Assembly: GCA_030059675.1 (NCBI GenBank)
Contig: JANVYQ010000001.1
Coordinates: forward strand, 192,001 to 256,000
Length of the DNA: 64,000 bases
DNA from: Candidatus Pelearchaeum maunauluense
Lineage (GTDB): Archaea > Thermoproteota > Nitrososphaeria_A > Caldarchaeales > Caldarchaeaceae
Direction of reading: 5' to 3'
Below the pieces are notes generated by a model. That model was not told the origin of the DNA and made no database searches. It worked only from the letters and a program-made list of their open reading frames with translations. A program made the position numbers and the translations under genes. Below, piece after piece: positions 49,725 through 57,900 of the stretch. Within the stretch, counting starts at the first letter, position 1; every line of letters starts with the position of its first letter.

Positions 49725-49813
49725 GCATCACCTATGAGTAGGTGCGTTTATATGAGTAAGTTTTAGGAAGCATTTATTACGGTGATACTTGAGAAATCTA
49801 TTGGAGCAGGGCT

Positions 49814-50263
49814 TTGGATTCTGGGCGGCTGCTAGGCTGGATTCTAGTAATCCTCTCAGCATTCCTGGCCGTGCTTACCGTAGCGGCTTGGAATCTAGCC
49901 TGGCAGCACAGAGACATGATGATGAGGATGATGCCAGGCGTACCTGTGCAGTGGTGGATAGGCCCCACAATCGTTCTTACAATAACCATAATGACCACAA
50001 CATTAGCGCTCTATCTAACAGTATTCAGAGAACGGCAACCACGCCATTATGCCATAGGCCTTACCGCCGAGGAGCAGCAGATAGTTAATTTCCTAGAGCA
50101 ACAGGGCGGTAAAGCTCTACAGAAGGAAATCGCGCGGGAGCTTAATCTCTCTAGGCTTAAAACCCATAGGCTAGTATCCTCTCTTAGAAGGCGTGGAGTG
50201 GTTGAGGTTGAGAGGTGGGGTAATACAAACCTGGTTAAGCTGGTCTCTAGGACGGAGCAATAG
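49814..50263 (+). CDS. membrane-anchored winged-HTH transcriptional regulator
   Basis: Two TMs with an HRDMMMRMMP loop; LTAEEQQIV..L...GG..LQKEI...LNLSRLKTHRLV..L..RGVV...RWGNTN.V. Confidence 0.85.
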   Translation: MDSGRLLGWILVILSAFLAVLTVAAWNLAWQHRDMMMRMMPGVPVQWWIGPTIVLTITIMTTTLALYLTVFRERQPRHYAIGLTAEEQQIVNFLEQQGGKALQKEIARELNLSRLKTHRLVSSLRRRGVVEVERWGNTNLVKLVSRTEQ

Positions 50264-51296
50264 CTAAAGAACGGAGAGACTCAGGCTTTTCAGACGGCTT
50301 ATCATAACTAGGCGGCCATCGTGGTGGGTTTTTCCTATCCAGCTCAGCAAGCCTAGCCTCTATAGCCTCGCGCGACCGCTCAAGCCACGGTGGTAGAATA
50401 AGCCGCGAACCCAGTTCCTCAAGAGACTCATCACGCGTATATCCAGGCCCACGTGTGGCAACCTCCAGCAAGTTTCCATCAGGGTCGCGGAAATATAATG
50501 ACTTGAACCAGAAGCGGTCTATTATTCCCGAATTAGGTATGCGCGCCATGTTAAGCCTGCGCATTATCATACGCTGTTCCTCCTCACCATCAACGCAGAA
50601 CGCTATATGGTGTATGTTTCCCACCCCTACCCAGCCATCGGTAGCCGAGCTGGAAACCAGATATATTAGATAATCTTCTTCATCACCTAAGCCTAAGAGA
50701 AGACTCTCACTATCGTCGGGATTTTGCATCTTGTATAGAGGTTTAACATTTAGAAACTTCTCAAAGAAACGCGCGGTAAGCTCGTGGTCGGAGCTTATAG
50801 GCGTTGCATGGTTAAGAAACGACAGCCTCATATCACTATTTACGCCATCAACCTCCATCTGTGTAGAAATCAGCTCATCAAGATAATCCTCTGCAACACC
50901 TTCTTTCTCTGCTGTTATCTCAATTAAAGCTCCATCCGGGTCGCGGAAATATATTGAGACCCTATCGCCGCGTGCATATGGACCTATTACGTGGATACCG
51001 TTCTTCCTGAGCCAAGACACCCATAGTGGTATGGCCTCAGGCCTCTTTACCGAGTATGCGAGGTGGTGGGGAGAGCCTAAGCCCACTAAGCCTCGTGGAA
51101 GATGCGGCCACTCAAAGAACGTAATAACACTACCAGTAGAGCCTCGCTCATCACCATAAAAGAGATGCCTATGAAAAACATCGTCCTGATTAACTGTGAG
51201 CTTAACAAGTCTAAGCCCAAGAACCTCTGAGTAGAACTTGCGATTAACAACACTATTGCTAGTAACCAGTGTTATATGATGAAGCCCTCTCAGCAT
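50247..51296 (-). CDS. VOC/glyoxalase-family ring-cleaving dioxygenase (MhqO-like)
   Basis: GLHHIT, KLTVNQDD...HLFYGD, TFFEWP, HHIAF, IDRFWFKSLYFRDPDG.L.E.AT.GPG. Confidence 0.9.
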   Translation of the reverse strand: MLRGLHHITLVTSNSVVNRKFYSEVLGLRLVKLTVNQDDVFHRHLFYGDERGSTGSVITFFEWPHLPRGLVGLGSPHHLAYSVKRPEAIPLWVSWLRKNGIHVIGPYARGDRVSIYFRDPDGALIEITAEKEGVAEDYLDELISTQMEVDGVNSDMRLSFLNHATPISSDHELTARFFEKFLNVKPLYKMQNPDDSESLLLGLGDEEDYLIYLVSSSATDGWVGVGNIHHIAFCVDGEEEQRMIMRRLNMARIPNSGIIDRFWFKSLYFRDPDGNLLEVATRGPGYTRDESLEELGSRLILPPWLERSREAIEARLAELDRKNPPRWPPSYDKPSEKPESLRSLAIAPS

Positions 51297-51450
51297 AGCT
51301 GGTTATCACGATACTGTCAATTGACTAAAATAGATAGGTCATTTACGCACTCGTTTGTTCCTTCATCTTAAATCTTCATTTATAGATGGTTGGTTGCTTA
51401 AGATTCATTACAGGAGGCTTAATATGCCGTAATTTCACCATAACTGTTGT

Positions 51451-52353
51451 ATGGTTGTTGTTGGGTTTATCGGTCTAGGTCTGATGGGTAAGCCGATGGC
51501 GAAGCGCATATTATCCGCAGGCTATAGGATGGTCGTCCATAGCAGAAGCAGCCCACCCGTTGAGGAACTGGCAAACCTAGGCGCGGAGAAAGCCTCATCA
51601 CCAAAGGAAGTGGCAGAGAAGGCCGAGATAATAATTATGATGCTCCCAGACTCCCCTGATGTCAGGAAAGTCGTGTTAGGCGAGAACGGTATAGCTGAGG
51701 GAGCGAGCCCTGGAAGCATAGTAATTGATATGTCCACCGTCTCGCCCATCGTTGAGGTGGAGATAGCGGAAGAGCTGCGGAAGAAGGGGGTGGAATACCT
51801 TGACGCTCCAGTAACAGGGAGCACCATGGGAGCCGAGTCAGGAACTCTCACAATAATGGTCGGAGGCAGTAAAGAAGCGTTTGAACGCGCTCTACCAGTA
51901 CTAAAGACCATGGGGAAGAACATAGTCCATATGGGAGGGAACGGCATGGGCCAGATGACGAAAATGTGCAATCAGGTAGCCGTGTCGCTTAACCTTCTGG
52001 GAACCTGCGAAGCCATACTTCTAGCTTCCAAAGCAGGACTAGACCCCAAGAAAGTTATTGAGGTCATAGGCTCAGGTGCTGCTGGCTCATGGCAGCTCAA
52101 CAATCTTGGCCCACGCATGGTAGACCGCGACTTCAGGCCAGGTTTCAAGGTAGAGCATCTAGTAAAGGACCTCCGCATAGTGAGAGAGGTAACATCGCGG
52201 CTTAACCTGCCCCTTCTAGGCGTTAACATGGTGGCAGAGCTCGTGAAGGCATTAGAGCAGCACGGCTACGGCTCTGAGGGGACACAAGCACTCATAACAG
52301 TCTTAGAAAAACTAGCAACACACCAAGTAGGCTCAAGTAGCCGTACAAAATAA
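51451..52353 (+). CDS. NAD(P)-dependent beta-hydroxyacid dehydrogenase (2-hydroxy-3-oxopropionate reductase-like)
   Basis: GFIGLGLMG.PMA, DMST, DAPVTG, MVGG, KMCNQ, F.....KDL. Confidence 0.92.
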   Translation: MVVVGFIGLGLMGKPMAKRILSAGYRMVVHSRSSPPVEELANLGAEKASSPKEVAEKAEIIIMMLPDSPDVRKVVLGENGIAEGASPGSIVIDMSTVSPIVEVEIAEELRKKGVEYLDAPVTGSTMGAESGTLTIMVGGSKEAFERALPVLKTMGKNIVHMGGNGMGQMTKMCNQVAVSLNLLGTCEAILLASKAGLDPKKVIEVIGSGAAGSWQLNNLGPRMVDRDFRPGFKVEHLVKDLRIVREVTSRLNLPLLGVNMVAELVKALEQHGYGSEGTQALITVLEKLATHQVGSSSRTK

Positions 52354-52532
52354 AAATCTCGTCAAGAAGATACTCAACTGAGTAATTTCTACATCACTAT
52401 AAGTGAGGGTATATGAAAAGGGAATGTCAAAACGCTTAAACATCACGTAGGTGTCTTAGCATGTTGAAACGCGGTAGGCGAGGTTCTACTTCCAAAAATT
52501 TTTATAGGATTTAAAAATGAGGCTACCCCGCT

Positions 52533-52662
52533 ATGCAAGCGCAGTACTCTAAAGTTGATGACAAGGTCATCAACGAGCTTGCTGGTGTCGTTGGTGAGAC
52601 AAACGTAAGGACAGAGCTGCATCAACGCGCTATCAGGGCGGCGATTCCCGTTCCGTTCCCGG
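52533..52662 (+). pseudogene. 5' stub of an FAD-binding (GlcD-like) oxidoreductase gene
   Basis: MQAQYSKVDDKVINELAGVVGETNVRT.L.QR resembles the N-terminus of GlcD/FAD-linked oxidases; coding character is lost after about 43 codons. Confidence 0.5.
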
Positions 52663-53676
52663 GCATTCCTAGCAACGACAGTGGGCGCATACCTAGCGTT
52701 CCACGGGCCGAATGCCCTGAAGTGGGCGATGAGAATCGGAGCAGCCTTCCTGATAATAGTTCTACTCTACTTCATAGCGGTCGTCTTCCTAGTCCATGGT
52801 GTAGAGAAGACCTTTGCGGCGCCTCCTCCAGAGCCGTTTGAAGACCCGCGATGGAGCATAGCCTCAGCTATTGAGTGGAACGTTGGTCTAGGATTCTCAT
52901 GGGCGTTCTGGTATGGCCAGTGGACGAGACTCGCTAAAACGGAGAGGACAGCCTACCACGGTACGCTGTGGGGCTGGGGCATACTTTCATGCACCGCGGG
53001 AATCTTTGCAGCGCTCACAGCAATAATAGTAGGCTCCTTCGACCCGACAGACTGGCTAGTCGCATCTCAGATAGCTGCTGTGCCAGTTATAGATCTGGCG
53101 ATGATAATCGTCGCTAACGTCAGCTCAATTGCGCTACTCATATACCCGATGTCAATAACGTTTAGGAGCAGGTTCCCCAATATCAAGTGGGGGTATGTCG
53201 TTGGCATAATGACACTCGGCGGTGTCTTGCTGGAGTTAATACCAGGTGTCTTTGACAGCTATGGCGTATACCTAGCGTACATAGCTCTGTTGACAGGAAT
53301 ATACGGCGGCGTAATGATAGGCGACTACCTACTCACACGCGGAACATACAAGCTTAGGGCACTGTACAATAGGTCTATAGGCTACAGATACGTTGGCGGC
53401 TTTAACCTCAACGCATTAATAGCTACAGTCGTAGCGGTTGCATTCTACCTATGGACTCTTGACCCACTGTCTTGGACGAGCGCGAACGGGCTATTCCCAC
53501 TCATAACAGCGGGAATACCGAGCTATTTCCTCGCTATGGTCCTCTATATCCTGCTGACTAAATCTGGAATCTTTGGCAAAGCAGGCGCATACATGCCAGG
53601 CAAGACGATTCCAACACCAGCCGCCGTAGCTGCGGTCAAAACACCAGACGCATCAATAGATGTAAAACGCTCCTAA
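52663..53676 (+). pseudogene. NCS1 (cytosine/purine/allantoin permease) family transporter lacking its N-terminus
   Basis: Multi-TM; SWAFWYGQWTR, ANVSS, G.MIGDY, YRYVGGFN..AL; the frame begins abruptly at AFLATTVG; only about 335 aa. Confidence 0.7.
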
Positions 53677-53734
53677 AACCCTTTCTAAACCCCCTCCATA
53701 AATTTCCATATTTTTAGAAGACTATCCTATCATG

Positions 53735-54568
53735 TTAATAGAGTTCGGTTTTCGCCTTTGGATAAGAACCGAGAACCTTTAGAAATATTGCTTTCTTAGC
53801 AAGGGCCGATAATGCATCTTTGTAGGGCTCATCATCTTTATGGCCTTCAAAGTCTAGGAAGAAGTAGTACTCCCATGGTCTTTGGCGTGTTGGTCTTGAC
53901 TCTATCTTTGTTAGGTTTATTCCCCGTTTGGCGAACTCTTCTAGGGCGTGGTATAGTGAGCCTGGCGTATGGGGTAGTGAGAAGATTATCGACGTTTTAC
54001 AGTCGTTTTTAGTATCCGCATCACGCCTAGATATTACGAAGAAGCGTGTATAGTTTCTCCCATAGTCCTCTATCCCCTTAGCCAGTATCTTCATACCATA
54101 CATTTGTGCGGCTTTCTCACTGGCGATAGCGGCGGCATCTTTGAGTTGTTTTTCTTTAATTAGCTTCACGCTCCCAGCGGTGTCGTATGTTATCATTGTC
54201 TCCACTCCTAGTGATGCTAGAAAGCCTTTACACTGCGCTAGGGCCTGCGGATGCGAATATACTATTTTCACATCTCTCAGCTCTGTTGAGGGTAGGGCTA
54301 TGAGGCAGTGAATTATCCTTAGAGACACCTCGCCCACTACCTTTACGCTTGACGTTAGGAGCAGGTCATAGGTCTCGTATATGCTGCCCTCTATGGAGTT
54401 TTCAACTGGCACTACGCCATATTCTACTTCTTCCACCTCTGCCAGGTTAAAGACCTCGCGTATAGTTTTGCATGGTATCGTCTCTACTTCGGCTCCGAGG
54501 TATTGATGAACCGCCTCCTCGCTATAAGCGCCATGCTCCCCCTGGAAGGCTACGCGAGTTCTTTTCAA
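53735..54568 (-). CDS. pheA: prephenate dehydratase (with ACT domain)
   Basis: AFQGEHGAYSE, PVENSIEG, SHPQALAQC, NYTRF, INLTKIESRP, FFLDFEG. Confidence 0.95.
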   Translation of the reverse strand: MKRTRVAFQGEHGAYSEEAVHQYLGAEVETIPCKTIREVFNLAEVEEVEYGVVPVENSIEGSIYETYDLLLTSSVKVVGEVSLRIIHCLIALPSTELRDVKIVYSHPQALAQCKGFLASLGVETMITYDTAGSVKLIKEKQLKDAAAIASEKAAQMYGMKILAKGIEDYGRNYTRFFVISRRDADTKNDCKTSIIFSLPHTPGSLYHALEEFAKRGINLTKIESRPTRQRPWEYYFFLDFEGHKDDEPYKDALSALAKKAIFLKVLGSYPKAKTELY

Positions 54569-54674
54569 CGCCTTTTCCCACCTAGTTGGGTTACGTCCTG
54601 TTTAATAATATGAAGAAGGCTGGAAAGCTATATAACTTGACTTACGCGGCGTATGAGAATACGTTTCGCTGGTC

Positions 54675-54926
54675 TTGGGGTGCTACGTGATGGTGAAGAA
54701 TGATCAACAGGAATATTCATGCGACCCTGAAACTGCTCTTGATTTGCTAATAGCTGAGCGTGGTAGGGTGTTGGAGGAGTATGGCGGCTTTATAATAGAG
54801 GTGATAGACCAGCGTGGCTTTCCCTGGCCTGATGTCATACGGATACTCCTGAGGATTAACCATGAGGTTTGGATTGAGGAGCGTGAGGGGAAGCTCTACA
54901 TAATCTCTAAGCCGAAGGCAGATTAG
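54675..54926 (+). CDS. small hypothetical protein
   Basis: About 77-83 aa ORF with protein-like composition filling the gap. Confidence 0.55.
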   Translation: MGCYVMVKNDQQEYSCDPETALDLLIAERGRVLEEYGGFIIEVIDQRGFPWPDVIRILLRINHEVWIEEREGKLYIISKPKAD

Positions 54927-56320
54927 CCAGCCATTAGGGGGACCTGTAGATATAGTAGGATGAGGGCTACCGAGAATGTTGGTATTGCTACAATAGAGCC
55001 GACTTTAACCCATTCCAGTAGTGATATATGCCCCATACGCTGTCTCTCTATAAGCCCTACAGCAACGATGCCAGCCGTGCTCCCTATGTACGTGAGCGTT
55101 CCTGTGAATGTCCCCCCGAAGAGGAGAACCCACCATAGGGGATGGATGTTCATCCCAGCGTCACCCATCCCCTCAACTATGGGGATCCAGAGCGTTACTG
55201 CGAGGACGTTATCCATGAAGGCTGACATGAATCCCATAGTCCAGCCTGTGAAGAGGAAGGTTGTCAGGAAGTCTCCCCCGCCTATCGCTACTAATGTGTT
55301 GGAGAATACATCGGTTACTCCCGTGAATTGGAGAGCGCCGACAGACGCGAAGAGGAGTAGGAAGAAGCTTAGGGTCCACCAATCCACGCGGCGCTCAAGT
55401 AGTTCGCGCGCCTTTCCACGCTCCATCAACAGAGCTATGCCAGCCGCTATTACGGCGACACCTATGAGCATGGTGTTCTTCTCAAGCCCCAGTATAGCTT
55501 CTATCTGGGTGTGAAATATAAGCCCGGCCAGAGTTCCTAGGAAGAGGAGCGTGGGGCCAAGCCCAAGCTTTGATCTCTGCGCCGAGCCGCTCTCAACACC
55601 CGCGATAGCTACCTGCGCTTTCATCTTGGCGTCCATCTCAGCAAGGTAGCGGCGGAAATAGAGCTGGGTGATTGCCATGCACATCAAAAGACCAATTATT
55701 GATATTGGGGTTGCCCAGCGGAGAAAGTCAAAGAAGCTGAGCTTGGCCTTAAGCGCTATGATTACTCCTATCGGATTGCCCACTACTGTGGCGCTACTTC
55801 CTATTATCGTGGCGAATACACTCATCATAATTAGGGGTATTATTGATATGCCCAGTCTAGTAGCTAGGTGTATTGCGGCTGAGCTTATGAAGAGGATTGA
55901 AGTAACCTCATCCACCAACGCCGCCGAGAGTGCTGCCATAGCCATGAGCAGCACGACAGTCTTTCTAGCACTACCGCCAGCTAGACGCAGTATCTTGTCC
56001 AGTATAGCTTCAAAGAAACGCCGCTCCTCAAGAAAACCAACCACCGTCATCATGCTTATTAGGAATATGATTATGTCAAGCCCCGCGGATTTTATGAACT
56101 GCTCAATATCCATAACCCCTGCCGCAAAGAGCGCTCCAAGCCCTAGCAATGTGAAGACTACCCTAAATCTCCAGTAGAGTAGCGCTCCTAGTATGATCGC
56201 TGTGAATATGGTGATGGAGAAGATTTGCTCCCGCGCGAAGCCTGCTACAAATGACGCTGTAGCCGTGAATGCCAGAATAGCTACGTATGCAACTGCGCGC
56301 GGAGCTTGAGCCATTCCCAA
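54923..56320 (-). CDS. ArsB/NhaD/SLC13 (IT superfamily) transporter, paralogue 2
   Basis: ALVDEVTSIL, ATIIGSSATVVGNP, VDWWTL.FF, SAFMDNV, IGSTAGIV. Confidence 0.9.
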   Translation of the reverse strand: MGMAQAPRAVAYVAILAFTATASFVAGFAREQIFSITIFTAIILGALLYWRFRVVFTLLGLGALFAAGVMDIEQFIKSAGLDIIIFLISMMTVVGFLEERRFFEAILDKILRLAGGSARKTVVLLMAMAALSAALVDEVTSILFISSAAIHLATRLGISIIPLIMMSVFATIIGSSATVVGNPIGVIIALKAKLSFFDFLRWATPISIIGLLMCMAITQLYFRRYLAEMDAKMKAQVAIAGVESGSAQRSKLGLGPTLLFLGTLAGLIFHTQIEAILGLEKNTMLIGVAVIAAGIALLMERGKARELLERRVDWWTLSFFLLLFASVGALQFTGVTDVFSNTLVAIGGGDFLTTFLFTGWTMGFMSAFMDNVLAVTLWIPIVEGMGDAGMNIHPLWWVLLFGGTFTGTLTYIGSTAGIVAVGLIERQRMGHISLLEWVKVGSIVAIPTFSVALILLYLQVPLMAG

Positions 56321-56429
56321 TACACCTCATATATTCCATAGCCATCAGGAGGAACGCTTCCCCTCCAAAGGAGGAGGAAGAGAGGACGTAGTACTCCGCT
56401 ATTCCACTAGGATATGAGTCTTACTACGC

Positions 56430-57824
56430 TTAGGGCATGAGCGGTATCTGGATGTAGAGTAGGATTAGCGAGAGTAGGAAGGTCGTGAAGGAGACCAAAG
56501 CGCCGACGACAATCCAGTCGCGCATGGTTACGTGGGCTACTCTCTCGCGCTCCACCATGCCTACAGCCACGATGTTGGCCGTGCTGCCTATTATCGTGAG
56601 ATTCCCCATCAGCGTTCTAGCGAAGAGCATAGCCCACCATAACGGGAAGACATTGAAGCCAAACTCTCCAATTGACTTGACTATCGGAATCCATAGAGCC
56701 ACAGCGAGCACGTTATCCATGAACGCCGTCATGAATCCAACAGTCCATCCGACAAGCATGTAAGTGCTGAAGAACTCTCCCCCGCTGAGGCTGAAGATTG
56801 ACTCTGACATTAGCTGCGCTACTCCCGTGAATTCCAGTGTCCCTACGGTGGCGAAGAAGAGGAAGAAGAAGCTTAGGGTCCACCAATCCACGCGGCGCTC
56901 AGTAAATTCGCGCGCCCTATCCTTGAGTAGGAAGAGCACTATCCCAGCGAATATTACTGGAACGCCTACGAGCATAGTGTCCCGCTCCAGTCCTAGAGCA
57001 TCTTCCAACGGGCTGTGCATCACAAGCCCAGCAACCATACCGCCAAAGATTAGGAGGGAGAGCCAGTCAATCTTGTTTGGATTCTCGCTGGAGGCCGTCT
57101 TTTTCACAATCTTCTCAGCATGATACTGTTTAAGCCTCTCATCCATCTCGCGGATATAGCCGCGGTAGTATAGTAGGCAGAGTAATATCGTAAGCGCTAG
57201 CGTCGCGGCTGATATTGGTGCTGCCCAACGTATGAAGTCTAGGAACGTTAGGCCTGCTCTCAGCGCTATTAAGACTCCTATCGGGTTGCCGATTACTGTG
57301 GCGTTGCTCCCTACGTTGGTTGCGAAGACGGACATAATGAGGAGCGGGACTACAGGAAGCCTAAGCCTCCCCGTTAAGTGTATAACTGTTGCCATGACGA
57401 ATAATATGGACGTTACCTCGCCCACCAAGGCTGACGCGACAGCCGCCATGACCATGAGTAAGGCGATAAGCTTCCTCGCGTTTGCGCCAGCAACAACTAT
57501 AAGCTTCTCCAAGAGGGCTTCAAAGAAACGCCGCTCCTCCAGGAAGCCTATGACCATCATCATGGCTATCAGGAAGAGTATTATGTCAAAGCCCGCGGAT
57601 TCTATGAAGTGTTCTATGTCAAGTAGGCCTGCTCCGAATAGTATTCCTATCCCCACCAAAGCGAATGCTACGCGGAATCTCCAGTAGAGTAGGGCGCCCA
57701 TTATTATTGCCACGAATGCTGTTAGTGCGATTGACTGACGCGGGATTACTCCAAGACCTGTTGAAACTAGGCCGACCAGCGCTACGACAGCCATGTATGC
57801 TGCTACCTTCCTGACATCAGCCAA
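56430..57824 (-). CDS. ArsB/NhaD/SLC13 (IT superfamily) transporter, paralogue 1
   Basis: ALVGEVTSIL, ATNVGSNATVIGNP, VDWWTLSFF, TAFMDNV, GNLTIIGSTANIV. Confidence 0.9.
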   Translation of the reverse strand: MADVRKVAAYMAVVALVGLVSTGLGVIPRQSIALTAFVAIIMGALLYWRFRVAFALVGIGILFGAGLLDIEHFIESAGFDIILFLIAMMMVIGFLEERRFFEALLEKLIVVAGANARKLIALLMVMAAVASALVGEVTSILFVMATVIHLTGRLRLPVVPLLIMSVFATNVGSNATVIGNPIGVLIALRAGLTFLDFIRWAAPISAATLALTILLCLLYYRGYIREMDERLKQYHAEKIVKKTASSENPNKIDWLSLLIFGGMVAGLVMHSPLEDALGLERDTMLVGVPVIFAGIVLFLLKDRAREFTERRVDWWTLSFFFLFFATVGTLEFTGVAQLMSESIFSLSGGEFFSTYMLVGWTVGFMTAFMDNVLAVALWIPIVKSIGEFGFNVFPLWWAMLFARTLMGNLTIIGSTANIVAVGMVERERVAHVTMRDWIVVGALVSFTTFLLSLILLYIQIPLMP

Positions 57825-57900
57825 GGCGTATGTACACCACTAGTTTTTGGATACCTGCAAATCGCGTTTATACGATAAGATAAGTTTACCTAATAGCATG

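Noticed and set aside
56321-56429. Fluoride (crcB) riboswitch upstream of the ion transporter
   Set aside because: The consensus GGNGAUGG..GUUC.CC / GCUGAUGAC elements are not present in the right order on the coding strand.
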